Source of the DNA: a virus
DNA: 64,000 nt
IMG/VR virus record: IMGVR_UViG_3300028840_006907
Location: 224,001 to 288,000 of that record
Reading direction: 5' to 3' (one strand)
This document shows, in pieces, positions 28,201-37,220 of this stretch. Each line of letters opens with the position of its first letter. The stretch's first letter is position 1. The notes beneath the pieces are model-generated. The model saw only the letters and a program-made list of their open reading frames with translations, had not been told where the DNA came from and did not search any database. The translations under genes and the position numbers were made by a program.

Positions 28201-31200
28201 ATTATTTAGATTCAACCGATGTGACTCTTAATATAGGGCAAGAATTTCTTATTCGAGTTGAGAATAAATCGGGTGGAGCAATAGTAGATGGTCAAGCAGT
28301 CTACGTCACTGGTTCTAATGAAGATGTCCCTGAAGTAAATCTAGCAAAAGCAGATTCTTCAAATACTTCTGAGGTTTTAGGTATTGCTACTCAGGTAATT
28401 GAAAATGATACGCAAGGTTATGTTACTTGTGCTGGAAAAATACGTAACTTAAATACTAGTGATTGGACTTCAGGAGATTTACTTTATTTATCTGATAAAA
28501 CTGCTGGTGCATTGACCAATGTTCAACCTTCAGGTAATAGTAATATATTTAGTGTTCATATAGGTCTTGTTATAAGATCACATGCTAGCGATGGTGTTAT
28601 TTTTGCTCACCGTCATATTCCTCATTACCGTCCAGAACAGTTAAGAGATACCACTGCATCTTCTTTAACTGATGGTCAGGTTTTATCTTATGAAAGTAGT
28701 ACAGATAGATGGATAAATAGCACTTTACCTTCAATTACACAATCTATAGATAGAAATGAACCTGGTGGTTTTGTCAACAGAACAGACAGTACAGTAGGTT
28801 TTACTGAATCTACTCGTACTTTGCAAGTTACAACCGCGAGTTCTTATGATATCTATCAGGCTGGTACTAAATATACAATTAATGCAACCGATTCTACTCA
28901 AATTCCTGATACAAATGGTTTGCACTATATTTATTTCGATACCACTAATATGACTGTACAAACGAATCCAGCACTTCAGAATATTCTAGATATCATATAT
29001 GAAAAATCTCTTATTGCTGCGATATATTGGAACTCTTCCGATGATAGAGCTATTATAACCAATGATGAACGTCATGGTATTGTGATGGATGGTAGGACCC
29101 ATTCTTATCTTCATACTACTAGAGGAACTCAATATACATCACCAGGCTTAACTCCTGGAGATTTTGATATTGATGGAGCTGGAAGTAATGACAGTGCCAG
29201 TCAAATGAGTATTTCTGATGGGCAAATACAAGATGAAGATATTTGGTTTGAAATTCAAGATGGTAATCCTCAAATATTAGATCCTATAGCTGAAATTCCT
29301 GTTATTTATAAAGATGGTGCAGGAGCTGAATGGAAAATAAAATATTGGACAGCTTCATGGGCATCTGCAACCTCTTATCCTACTGGTACTATAATAAGAG
29401 AGAGTAATTCTTATTTTAGATCTAGTGGAGGAACTTCAGGTGGTGCTCTTCCTGCTTTTTCTGCAAATCGTGAACCAGGTGATACTATTGTTGATAATAC
29501 AATTACGTGGACAAATGTTGGTTCTCCATTGTCTCCTGTGATTAATTTTGTGGGAGGTAATTATAGATTAGCATATAATCAGTTTACTGGTGGGGCATGG
29601 CAACAAACCGAAGTAACAAATGGTAATTATGTTCTTACTCATATATTTGCTACGACTGATATTTTTCATCCTATTATGGCTATTCAAGGTGAGAATGAGT
29701 ATGGTAATGTTGCTGCAGCTAGAGCAGGAGCTTTAACAGAACTAGATAGTATTGTATTGTCTGGATTGGATTTTCCTGAATCAATATTTCTTGCTACAGT
29801 TATTTTTCAGACTAATAATACTTATACTAATCAAGTAAAAGCTCGAACTATCTCAACTGATACAGGTGATGATTTTATAGATTGGAGATTTTCTCAAATC
29901 AATGCAGCCTCAACAGGTGATCAAGGTCCTCAAGGAGAAACTGGTGTTCAAGGGGTACAGGGTGAAACCGGAGTACAGGGTGAAACCGGAGTAGCAGGAG
30001 CAACTGGTGTTCAAGGAATACAAGGCCAGACTGGAATCCAGGGAGAAACTGGAATTCAAGGAGCCACAGGTGTTGCCGGAGCAACTGGTGTTCAAGGGAT
30101 CCAAGGTCAGACTGGAATCCAAGGAGAAACTGGAATTCAAGGAACTACGGGAGTAGCAGGAGCAACTGGTGTCCAAGGAATCCAAGGAGAAACCGGAATT
30201 CAAGGAGAAACCGGAATTCAAGGAGCAACTGGTGTTCAAGGTATTCAAGGAACAACCGGAGTTCAAGGAATTCAGGGAACCACAGGAGTTCAGGGTGAAA
30301 CCGGAGTCCAAGGAATTCAAGGAACCACAGGAATTCAAGGAATTCAAGGAACCACAGGAGTTCAGGGTGAAACCGGAGTCCAAGGAATTCAAGGAACCAC
30401 AGGAATTCAGGGTGAAACCGGAATTCAAGGAATTCAAGGAACCACAGGAGTTCAGGGAACCACAGGAGTTCAAGGAATACAAGGAACCACAGGAGTTCAG
30501 GGTGAAACCGGAGTCCAAGGAATTCAAGGAACCACAGGAGTTCAGGGAGAAACTGGAGTTCAGGGGATCCAGGGTCAGACTGGAATTCAGGGAGAAACTG
30601 GAGTAGCCGGAGCAACTGGAGTACAGGGCCAAACAGGAGTTCAAGGAATCCAAGGTCAAACTGGTATACAGGGAGAAACCGGAGTAGCCGGAGCAACCGG
30701 AGTACAGGGTCAAACAGGAGTTCAAGGAATCCAAGGACAAACTGGTGTTCAAGGAGCAACCGGAGTAGCCGGAGCTACTGGAGTTCAGGGAGAAACAGGA
30801 ATTCAAGGAATCCAAGGACAAACTGGTATACAGGGAGAAACCGGGGTAGCCGGAGCAACCGGAGTACAGGGCCAAACAGGAGTTCAAGGAATTCAAGGAA
30901 ATACTGGTGTTCAAGGAGCAACCGGAGTTCAAGGAACTCAAGGAGATACTGGAGTTCAAGGAACAACTGGTGTTCAAGGTGAAACCGGTTTAGAAGCAGC
31001 TTATCATTTCTTTGCGGATCAGTTGGATAGTCCTAATAATGCTGATTGGGCTGTTAATGCTCTTGCTCCAGCTTCTGCTGATACTACAAATAATGCTCTT
31101 GTTGTACGTCGGTTTGATGATACGGATGAAGAAGGTGTAGGATTTATGGTAAATATTCCAACAGGAAGGACAAATATAGTATTTGGATTTAAGAGTAGGG

Positions 31201-31487
31201 CTGAAACAGCTCCTGGATCGGCGCATAATGTAAAACCAAAGGTATATGTCAGGGAAATACCTGATAATACTACTGTGGAAAGTTGGTCTTCTGGTTATGA
31301 TTTAAATGCTTTAAGTATGCCAACAAATACCTATTTTCAATATGATTCTCAATCTGTAGCTTTTACCGCTCTTGATATTACAGGTGGGAGATTGGCTCAA
31401 TTTGAAGTAACAAGAGATCATACGGGTGTAACTCCTGATTTAACTGGTGACTGGGACTTGCTAGAGCTTAATGTTTCATTTACCTAG
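22251..31487 (+). CDS. giant collagen-like repeat protein (3078 aa) with interspersed duplicated globular domains and a C-terminal non-collagenous domain; probable virion fibre
   Basis: RBS AAGGAG upstream; five long G-X-Y tracts; duplicated domain A (FAGFNYKAKTD... and WAGFSYNAKTD...) and domain B (PNWIDFVPQASAPSH... and VNYIDYEPQDTVPSH...). Confidence 0.8.
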   Translation: MAKTKRKWIELDWYNPNALRAQDIPYDQTESVKDAIDRAASGVLGPTGTTGSTGSTGSTGPTGPTGATGATGAGIQGETGVAGVQGATGTGGGGDTGVQGETGLPGATGIQGTTGIQGTTGIQGETGIQGHTGTVGTTGVQGETGSQGTTGIQGETGVKGETGIQGQTGIAGGAGFPGATGVQGETGVQGTTGVQGETGVQGTTGVAGATGVQGTTGVQGTTGIQGETGVQGDTGVGATGIQGTTGIQGQTGVQGITGAYGGPPGETGVKGETGVQGATGIQGLQGLQGTKGETGTQGIQGQTGVQGETGVQGQTGTGAPGATGVQGQTGIQGTTGIGLGSTGVAGATGIQGTTGVQGRTGVQGFTGAAGLGETGIQGATGVQGATGIQGTTGAGIQGATGISGDTGVQGATGIRGTTGAGIQGATGVQGIQGQTGAQGETGVQGETGIEGSQFAGFNYKAKTDNQSDTDPGIGNLKWSAVAQVTSSELYVDDADVNSTDLSNFYLTLKAADSLRIVRMEDPSQYQIFNITNVTDRTGWFRLSVTPVVSGGSTFSLNDNIILIFSISGPRGQTGVKGETGIQGTTGVAGATGVQGQTGIQGQTGIQGIQGQTGIQGQTGIQGQTGIQGQTGVGAQGATGVAGQTGVQGETGIQGQTGAGIQGTTGVQGVQGLTGVQGQTGAGIQGETGVQGTQGLTGIQGQTGAGIQGETGVQGNTGAFGGPPGETGVQGETGAQGLTGVQGQTGAGIQGATGIQGVTGVQGQTGAGIQGVTGIQGQTGIQGQTGVAGQTGVQGIQGQTGVAGQTGVQGIQGQTGIAGQTGVQGIQGQTGIQGQTGAGIQGTTGVAGATGVQGIQGQTGAGIQGTTGVQGTTGVQGETGTGIQGETGTQGIQGQTGIQGQTGIQGNTGVKGETGVQGFPGPQGTKGDTGAQGIQGETGTQGIQGQTGVAGETGVQGQTGTQGIQGQTGVAGATGAGIQGQTGVQGIQGQTGIQGQTGVQGETGIEGSLWAGFSYNAKTDDQSDTDPGTGNLKWSTVAQVNAGELYVDDTDQYSIDLSNFYLTLKAGDSLRIIRQEDPSQYQIYNITNVTDRTGWFRLSVTYVTSGGSTFSLNDNIILVFVKAGIQGQTGAQGIQGQTGVQGIQGQTGVQGATGTQGIQGPQGQIGLQGTTGVQGETGVQGTQGQTGIQGTTGAGIQGQTGVQGIQGQTGIQGQTGAGIQGATGIAGIDGQTGIQGETGIQGQTGAGIQGATGIAGIDGQTGIQGETGIQGQTGAGIQGETGIQGIQGLTGIQGTTGAGIQGETGVQGTQGQTGVQGQTGAGIQGETGVQGTQGQTGIQGQTGAGIQGVTGIQGIQGQTGIQGQTGAGIQGETGVQGETGIQGQTGAGIQGTTGVQGVQGLTGVQGQTGAGIQGETGVQGTQGLTGIQGQTGAGIQGETGVQGETGIQGQTGAGIQGVTGIQGQTGVQGTTGIQGQTGVGIQGVTGVQGIQGQTGIQGQTGIQGETGVSGATGIQGIQGQTGIQGQTGVQGETGVQGSTGVLGDPNWIDFVPQASAPSHQEARLFYDSTDHSLSYYNEESDVTLNLGRELYIRVYNATVSTITNGQVVYVTGVAAGYPTIDLADGSDLTKTNNIGVATHNIEASTFGYITLFGLVRDINTNAFSAGDEVWLSESTPGGYQSFAGTYAVKIGYVVVSDTLNGSIMVAMGDTEATIAGLNDVNLTSISDGQYLQWDSDSTKWVNVSESPQGDTGIQGATGVQGIQGTTGVQGATGVQGIQGTTGIQGQTGVQGETGIQGTTGVQGETGTAGIDGQTGVQGETGIAGIDGQTGVQGTTGVQGIQGTTGIQGETGTAGIDGQTGVQGETGTAGIDGQTGVQGTTGVQGTTGIQGTTGIQGTTGIQGETGTAGIDGQTGVQGTTGIQGETGVQGTTGIQGETGVQGTTGIQGETGVFGIVNYIDYEPQDTVPSHLEGRTFYDSTDHSLSYYLDSTDVTLNIGQEFLIRVENKSGGAIVDGQAVYVTGSNEDVPEVNLAKADSSNTSEVLGIATQVIENDTQGYVTCAGKIRNLNTSDWTSGDLLYLSDKTAGALTNVQPSGNSNIFSVHIGLVIRSHASDGVIFAHRHIPHYRPEQLRDTTASSLTDGQVLSYESSTDRWINSTLPSITQSIDRNEPGGFVNRTDSTVGFTESTRTLQVTTASSYDIYQAGTKYTINATDSTQIPDTNGLHYIYFDTTNMTVQTNPALQNILDIIYEKSLIAAIYWNSSDDRAIITNDERHGIVMDGRTHSYLHTTRGTQYTSPGLTPGDFDIDGAGSNDSASQMSISDGQIQDEDIWFEIQDGNPQILDPIAEIPVIYKDGAGAEWKIKYWTASWASATSYPTGTIIRESNSYFRSSGGTSGGALPAFSANREPGDTIVDNTITWTNVGSPLSPVINFVGGNYRLAYNQFTGGAWQQTEVTNGNYVLTHIFATTDIFHPIMAIQGENEYGNVAAARAGALTELDSIVLSGLDFPESIFLATVIFQTNNTYTNQVKARTISTDTGDDFIDWRFSQINAASTGDQGPQGETGVQGVQGETGVQGETGVAGATGVQGIQGQTGIQGETGIQGATGVAGATGVQGIQGQTGIQGETGIQGTTGVAGATGVQGIQGETGIQGETGIQGATGVQGIQGTTGVQGIQGTTGVQGETGVQGIQGTTGIQGIQGTTGVQGETGVQGIQGTTGIQGETGIQGIQGTTGVQGTTGVQGIQGTTGVQGETGVQGIQGTTGVQGETGVQGIQGQTGIQGETGVAGATGVQGQTGVQGIQGQTGIQGETGVAGATGVQGQTGVQGIQGQTGVQGATGVAGATGVQGETGIQGIQGQTGIQGETGVAGATGVQGQTGVQGIQGNTGVQGATGVQGTQGDTGVQGTTGVQGETGLEAAYHFFADQLDSPNNADWAVNALAPASADTTNNALVVRRFDDTDEEGVGFMVNIPTGRTNIVFGFKSRAETAPGSAHNVKPKVYVREIPDNTTVESWSSGYDLNALSMPTNTYFQYDSQSVAFTALDITGGRLAQFEVTRDHTGVTPDLTGDWDLLELNVSFT
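22380..23590 (+). repeat. collagen-like G-X-Y triplet-repeat tract 1 of the 3078-aa gene
   Basis: Direct reading of GxTGxQG codon periodicity. Confidence 0.9.
23950..25260 (+). repeat. collagen-like G-X-Y triplet-repeat tract 2
   Basis: Direct reading. Confidence 0.9.
25610..26870 (+). repeat. collagen-like G-X-Y triplet-repeat tract 3
   Basis: Direct reading; near-identical 60-nt blocks repeated. Confidence 0.9.
27490..28100 (+). repeat. collagen-like G-X-Y triplet-repeat tract 4 (GTAGIDGQTG subtype)
   Basis: Direct reading. Confidence 0.9.
29920..30980 (+). repeat. collagen-like G-X-Y triplet-repeat tract 5
   Basis: Direct reading. Confidence 0.9.
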
Positions 31488-31498
31488 AAGGAGTATTA

Positions 31499-32656
31499 AT
31501 GCCCGAATGGGGAATAGATACCGCAGGTACTACAACAACGACGCCGAATTGGTGTCGTGCTATGGGTGGAACCTCTCCCAATATAGACAATATGCTTTTA
31601 AAAAGTGTGTCTATATATGTAGGTTCTACTCATACTCAACAAATCCGATTAGCAGTTTATTCTGGTGGTAATTTAACGACAGGTCCTGATGGTGCAACTC
31701 TCGTTTATGATGCTGGGGTGACTTCTGGCACGGCTTTAAACACATGGTTAACTATAAATATTCCTACTGAAGTAATTCTTCCTAAAAATGCTGTGACATG
31801 GGTAGCATTTAGAAATAATGGTGGTTATATAATCCATTATTATGGTACCAGTCCAGCCGGAAATGATTTTCAAACTGCTCGTGGTAGATATAGCTCTACT
31901 GTTCTTGATGGAGATGAAACTTCAGCTTTTCCTTCTACATGGCCTTCTGATGGTGGAGCTTTTGCTGCTTTTTGGTATTCTACATATATTATTTATCAAA
32001 TAAGATATTATGGAGGATTATTTTTCGAATCATCGAGTAGTATGTATTTATCTTCCGTATCATCATTTACTCCTCCTGCAAATTGTTCTGTCTCTTTTTG
32101 GCTCTTTCATAGTAATGATGGTGGCACTCCTAGAATAGTTAGCCATAGTGATAATTGGGAAATATGGATAAATGCAAGTAATCAAATATCTAATGATATG
32201 AATTGGGGTACTTCTTTGGTATCTAGTGCTACTATTAATACTAATACACGATATTATATAGTATGTACAAGAGCTTCTGACAATACTTTACAAATATATG
32301 TAAATGGCCAATTTGATAATTCTAGTAGTGGTGGAACAGGTTCACCAGGATCGGCCACGTTTTATGTAGGTGTTAAACAAACATTATTACAATATTTTGA
32401 TGGTTATATAGAAGATTTAAGAATTTATAATAGAGTCCTTTCAGCAAATGAAATAGCCACTATTTATGGCTGTAAAGGAACAGATTCCATTACTTATGGC
32501 TTAATTCATAAATGGCCTATGCAAGAAAAGGCAATAGATGTGGTTGCTAGTGGAACCGGGTCTATAATAGATTTAGGTCCAAGTAGACTAGATTTGACTC
32601 CTAATAATAATCCTACTTATTCTGGAACACAATTGAAATTTAAAAGGTTTGGATAA
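31499..32656 (+). CDS. LamG/concanavalin A-like lectin domain protein, probable fibre-associated or receptor-binding
   Basis: C-terminal FYVG...FDGYIEDLRIYNRVLSANEIATIY, typical LamG-like jelly-roll ending; paralogous C-terminus shared with next three genes. Confidence 0.6.
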   Translation: MPEWGIDTAGTTTTTPNWCRAMGGTSPNIDNMLLKSVSIYVGSTHTQQIRLAVYSGGNLTTGPDGATLVYDAGVTSGTALNTWLTINIPTEVILPKNAVTWVAFRNNGGYIIHYYGTSPAGNDFQTARGRYSSTVLDGDETSAFPSTWPSDGGAFAAFWYSTYIIYQIRYYGGLFFESSSSMYLSSVSSFTPPANCSVSFWLFHSNDGGTPRIVSHSDNWEIWINASNQISNDMNWGTSLVSSATINTNTRYYIVCTRASDNTLQIYVNGQFDNSSSGGTGSPGSATFYVGVKQTLLQYFDGYIEDLRIYNRVLSANEIATIYGCKGTDSITYGLIHKWPMQEKAIDVVASGTGSIIDLGPSRLDLTPNNNPTYSGTQLKFKRFG

Positions 32657-34878
32657 TGGGTAAACAAATTTTTAGTTCAGAGGGTTCCGATACTTTCACT
32701 GTACCAAAAGGAGTGACTTCCATTACTGTCAAGGCATGGGGTGCAGGAGCTGGTGGTGGAGGGGGTGGAACGGCTAGTGTTGGTGGAGCCGGAGGTGGTG
32801 GAGGTTATGTTCAGGGTGATATATCTGTAACACCTGAAGAAACCCTTAATATTCATGTAGGTGGAAATGGAGGTTTAGGAACTTTTACAGGTACCGCAGC
32901 TTCTGGTGGTGGGGGAGGAGGTAAATCTTCAGTTTACAGAAGTACAACTCCTTTATTTGTAGCTGGCTCTGGAGGAGGCGGAGGTGGTGGTGATAATTCA
33001 TCAGGGACTCCGGCGGGAGCCGGAGGTGCTGGTGGAGGAAGTACTGGTGGGTCTGGTGGTTCTTCCGGAGGAGCTAGTGGCGGTAGTGGTGGCACTCAGT
33101 CAATTGGTGGAACACAGGGTTCTGGAGGTCAAAATGCAGGAGTTTTTGGAAAAGCTCGTGCAGAAACCACTTTAAATAATGCCTTAAATTTTGATGGTGA
33201 TCCTGAATATGTTACAATAGGAACAGATTCTGTTTTTAATTTTACTAATTCTTTTACCCTTGAATGTTGGATTAAACCCGATAATGTAACAGGATCTAAA
33301 AGGGTAATAAGTTCAAGATCATCTGATACCAATAATGGAGTTGGATTTGGTATTAACGGTAACAATCCTGCTTTTACAACATATGGTAAACAAGATTTTA
33401 CTTCTACTGGAACCGTTTCAGCAGGAGTTTGGGCTCATATAGCAGTAGTCTTTACTTCAGGTAATAATGCAAGATTTTATATAAATGGAGAGTTTATAAA
33501 TCAGGTAGACGGTACCCAAGCAGCTACAACTTCTGGTATATATATGGTTCTTGGTATGCTTGGTTTTTATGATGATGAACAATATTGGGTAGGTGAACTT
33601 GATGAAATAAGAATGTGGAATGATGAGCGTACTGATAAAGAGATATCTGATTATTATGCTCAAACTCTTACAGGTAGTGAAGCAAACTTAGTCGCTTACT
33701 ATAAATGTAATGAATCATCAGGTACAAATCTTCCCGACGAAACCACAAATAGTAATGATGGCACACTCCAAAATATGGAAGATGCTGATTGGGTTACATC
33801 AAGTTGGTCTCCATTGACAGACGCTGCTGATGCTGGGGCTGGTGGTGACGGTGGAATGGGTACTGGCACTGGGGGTGGTGGCTCTGGTGGCACAACATAT
33901 GGCGGTGATGGTGGAATTGGTGATAGTGGTGGCACCCCTGGATTTTCTGGCGGTGGCGGAGGCGGTGCAGGCTATGGTGGAGGTGGCGGGGGATCATGTT
34001 CGGTTTCTGGCGGAGACGCTGGTGGTGGTGGGGGCGCTGGCTCTAGCTATATTATAGGTACCGCTACGTCAACTACCAATACGCAAGCATCAGGCCAGAA
34101 TCCACCTAATACGGGCGACCCAGACTATACTGGTTCTGTAGGAGTTGGAGGAAATGGGGGTAGTACAAGTACAAATGGGAATAATGGTAATGATGGTTTA
34201 ATAGTTATCAGTTGGGTTGACCCTCCAGCATATATAGGTATGAAATTTGAATCAGATAGTTCACAATTTTTGTCTTCTGTAGCAAATTTTACCGCTCCTT
34301 CTAGTACAACTGTTACATTTTGGTTATCTTCTACTAATCTCACAGGATTAAAAAGAATTATTGGTTGGTCCGATTTTTGGGAAATAAAGACGATTGATAA
34401 TGATATATCTAATGATTTAAATGGAGAGTTAACCACTTATTCTACAACTCCATTAGATCTTAATACTCTTTATCATGTTGCTTGTACATATAATTCCTCT
34501 GATGATGCTGCGAAAGTATATATAGATGGGTCTCTTGATGGTACGGGTTCAAATACTGAAACTCCTTCTGGAACAACACTACAAATAGGTTTTAGACCTG
34601 GTGCACCTGACGGTTATTTTGACGGTTATTTAGGTGATATAAGAATTTATGATAGGGTTTTATCTGATTTTGAAATAGCCACAATTCATGCATGTCGAGG
34701 AACTGATGGAATAGTCCATGGTTTACGTAATAGGTATTTATTAAATGAAAGAGCAATGAATGTTGCTGCTGATGGGACAGGTTCGGTTAAAGATATGGCT
34801 CAGGATCAATTAAACATGACTCCAAATAATAGTCCTGTTTATGAAGGAACAACATTAAAATATAGAAGGATGGGTTGA
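32656..34878 (+). CDS. glycine-rich protein with two LamG-like domains (paralog family)
   Basis: N-terminal TFTVPKGVTSITVKAWGAGAGGGGGG glycine-rich domain; LamG-like FYINGEF...WVGELDEIRMWN and FDGYLGDIRIYDRVLSDFEIATIH. Confidence 0.65.
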   Translation: MGKQIFSSEGSDTFTVPKGVTSITVKAWGAGAGGGGGGTASVGGAGGGGGYVQGDISVTPEETLNIHVGGNGGLGTFTGTAASGGGGGGKSSVYRSTTPLFVAGSGGGGGGGDNSSGTPAGAGGAGGGSTGGSGGSSGGASGGSGGTQSIGGTQGSGGQNAGVFGKARAETTLNNALNFDGDPEYVTIGTDSVFNFTNSFTLECWIKPDNVTGSKRVISSRSSDTNNGVGFGINGNNPAFTTYGKQDFTSTGTVSAGVWAHIAVVFTSGNNARFYINGEFINQVDGTQAATTSGIYMVLGMLGFYDDEQYWVGELDEIRMWNDERTDKEISDYYAQTLTGSEANLVAYYKCNESSGTNLPDETTNSNDGTLQNMEDADWVTSSWSPLTDAADAGAGGDGGMGTGTGGGGSGGTTYGGDGGIGDSGGTPGFSGGGGGGAGYGGGGGGSCSVSGGDAGGGGGAGSSYIIGTATSTTNTQASGQNPPNTGDPDYTGSVGVGGNGGSTSTNGNNGNDGLIVISWVDPPAYIGMKFESDSSQFLSSVANFTAPSSTTVTFWLSSTNLTGLKRIIGWSDFWEIKTIDNDISNDLNGELTTYSTTPLDLNTLYHVACTYNSSDDAAKVYIDGSLDGTGSNTETPSGTTLQIGFRPGAPDGYFDGYLGDIRIYDRVLSDFEIATIHACRGTDGIVHGLRNRYLLNERAMNVAADGTGSVKDMAQDQLNMTPNNSPVYEGTTLKYRRMG

Positions 34879-34881
34879 TAA

Positions 34882-37173
34882 ATGGGACAGCAATCTTTCA
34901 GTACAGCCGGTTTAACTTCATTTCAAGTTCCTGTTGATATTACATCTATAACGGTAAAGTGTTGGGCTGGTGGAGCTGGTGGAGGAGCCGGGGGGACTTC
35001 TGGTGTTGGAGGAGTGGGTGGCGGTGGTGGCTATGTTCAGGGAGATATAACCGTCACTCCTTCGGAAATACTTAGTATTCATCTTGGGGGTGCTGGGAAT
35101 TCAGGAAGTTTTGGAGGAACTTCTGGTTCTGGAGGTGGTGGTGCTGGTCTATCTAGTGTCTCGCGTGGCTCAACACCTTTATTTGTAGCCGGAGCAGGTG
35201 GGGGAGGCGGTGGTGGAGACAATAGTAATCCGGCTGCTGGTGGAGCTGGTGGGGCAGGAGGTTCCTCTACCGGAGGAACTGGAGGCAGTTCTCTAAATGC
35301 CAATGGAGGAACTGGTGGAAGTCAAGTATCTGGTGGTACTGGTGGTACTGGTGGTATAGTTTCAGGTGCTGCTGGAGGTGCCCCTATTTCTGCAGCAGCT
35401 AATTTTGGTAATTGCCTTGACTTTGATGGAACAGATGAATGGGTCTCTTCAGCTAATTCTTATTCTAATCCTCAGACTTTTACAACTGAGTTATGGTTTA
35501 AAACTACCACTACTTCAGGAGGATTATTAATTGGTTTCGGAAACAGTCAAACAGGAACTTCTACCAGTTATGACAGAAGGATCTGGTTAAGTAATTCCGG
35601 AAATGTCTATTGTGGAGTTTATGCTGGATTAATTTTAGGAGTTCAGACGGTAAATTCTTCTGGTACATATAATGATGGAGAATGGCATCATGTTGCAATG
35701 GTCCATGACTCTGGAGGGTTTGAATTATTTGTTGATGGTATATCACAAGGAACAAATGCAAATCCTTCACAAGATACTTTTACAGGTTACTGGCGACTCG
35801 CAGGAACTACGGTTTGGTCGGGATGGTCTCCTGCTCCTACTAATAATTATTATGTAGGTCAAATTGATGAAGTCAGATTTTGGCAAGAAGCTCGAACAAC
35901 TTGTCAATTAATAAATAATGCAAATAAATATTTAGCTGGAACTGAGACTAATTTAGCTTTTTATTGGAAATTAAATGAATCTTCCGGTTCTACCGCAAAT
36001 GATGAAACTACCAATAATAATGATGGCACACTCCAAAATATGGAAGATGCAGACTGGGTTACTTCTAGTTGGAGTGGTAAGTGGATAGGTATTGGTACTG
36101 GAGGTGATGGTGGAGACGGTAATGATGGAGGGACTACTAGAGGATCAGAGGCTAATGGAGGTATCACTTGTGCTGGATCAGGTGGTACAGCCGATGTCGG
36201 TGCTGCTGGTTATGGTGGCGGTGGTGGCGGTGGCGCTGGTTACGGTGGAGGTGGAGGAGGCTCGGCTTCTCAAGCTTCAAATGCTGGTGGAGGTGGTGGA
36301 GGAGGTGGCTCCAGTTATATAATTGGTTCTGCTACGTCAACTACCAATACGCAAGCTTCGGGACAGAATCCTCCCAACACAAGCGACCCGGACTATACTG
36401 GTTCTGCAGGAGTTGGTGGAAATGGGGGTGCTACAAGTACTGCAGGATCAAATGGTAATAATGGTTTGATTGTTATTAGTTGGACAGAACCTCCGACATA
36501 TGTTGGGATAACATTTGTAGCGAGTAGTTCTCAAAGATTGGCATCAGTAGCAAATTTTACTCCTCCTCAAAATTGCTCCGTATCATGGTGGTTAAAACTA
36601 TCTTCGTTGAATCAGTTTGGGAGGACAGCAAGTCTAAGTGTTAATTGGGAAATAGGTCTATCTGATAATGCAGGTACTCCTACTGCTAATGGTATTATTA
36701 ATGCTATGAATAGTGGTGCTCTTTTGTATTCTTCAACAAGTCTTCAAGCTGATCTTCGTTATCATGTTGTATGTACAGCAACTTCTAGTGCCCGTCAAAT
36801 ATTTTTAAATGGTGTTCTTGATAATAGTGCTGCTTCTGGAGGGACTGCTCCTGCAGCAGGGACTCTTTATGTTGGATGTCAATATGGTGGAACTCTATAT
36901 TTTCTTGATGGGGCTATAGAGGATTTAAGGGTATATAATCGGATAATTACTGCAGAAGAAGTGGCTACAATTTATGCTTGTGAAGGAAGAGACGGTATAA
37001 CATATGGCTTAATACATCGATGGCCTATGAATGAAGGTGCAGCAGGTGTTGTAGCGAGTGGTACTGGTTCTGTAAAAGATGAGGCTACAAATCAATTGAA
37101 TTTAACTGCAACTAATAGTCCAGTTTATTCTGGATCACAATTGAATTATAGACGAAAATATAGGACTCATTAA
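34882..37173 (+). CDS. glycine-rich protein with two LamG-like domains (paralog of 32656-34878)
   Basis: Colinear with previous gene: FQVPVDITSITVKCWAGGAGGG..., LamG-like motifs, shared SSYIIG.ATSTTNTQASGQNPPNT block. Confidence 0.65.
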   Translation: MGQQSFSTAGLTSFQVPVDITSITVKCWAGGAGGGAGGTSGVGGVGGGGGYVQGDITVTPSEILSIHLGGAGNSGSFGGTSGSGGGGAGLSSVSRGSTPLFVAGAGGGGGGGDNSNPAAGGAGGAGGSSTGGTGGSSLNANGGTGGSQVSGGTGGTGGIVSGAAGGAPISAAANFGNCLDFDGTDEWVSSANSYSNPQTFTTELWFKTTTTSGGLLIGFGNSQTGTSTSYDRRIWLSNSGNVYCGVYAGLILGVQTVNSSGTYNDGEWHHVAMVHDSGGFELFVDGISQGTNANPSQDTFTGYWRLAGTTVWSGWSPAPTNNYYVGQIDEVRFWQEARTTCQLINNANKYLAGTETNLAFYWKLNESSGSTANDETTNNNDGTLQNMEDADWVTSSWSGKWIGIGTGGDGGDGNDGGTTRGSEANGGITCAGSGGTADVGAAGYGGGGGGGAGYGGGGGGSASQASNAGGGGGGGGSSYIIGSATSTTNTQASGQNPPNTSDPDYTGSAGVGGNGGATSTAGSNGNNGLIVISWTEPPTYVGITFVASSSQRLASVANFTPPQNCSVSWWLKLSSLNQFGRTASLSVNWEIGLSDNAGTPTANGIINAMNSGALLYSSTSLQADLRYHVVCTATSSARQIFLNGVLDNSAASGGTAPAAGTLYVGCQYGGTLYFLDGAIEDLRVYNRIITAEEVATIYACEGRDGITYGLIHRWPMNEGAAGVVASGTGSVKDEATNQLNLTATNSPVYSGSQLNYRRKYRTH

Positions 37174-37220
37174 TTATAAAATTTACATATAAGATCTATA
37201 TAACATATAAGGAGGTTCAA

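Noticed and set aside
22456-30977. Dozens of ORFs in alternative frames and on the minus strand within the 3078-aa gene (for example 22560-23228, 24459-25235, 25560-26108, 27438-28154, 29910-30977, 30145-30759), rich in SLNS/LEFK repeats
   Set aside because: They are translations of the G-X-Y triplet repeat in other frames or its reverse complement; they are low-complexity, have no start context and are fully nested in a long coherent ORF
6070-30980. Possible CRISPR array suggested by short periodic repeats
   Set aside because: The periodicity is 9/18 nt and codon-phased within protein-coding collagen tracts; there are no 25-40 nt repeats separated by unique spacers
32984-36458. Pro-rich and Trp/Arg-rich ORFs in alternative frames of the glycine-rich genes (for example 33699-33935, 35079-35303, 36168-36458)
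   Set aside because: Reverse or shifted reading of GGN codon runs; nested in well-supported paralogous genes
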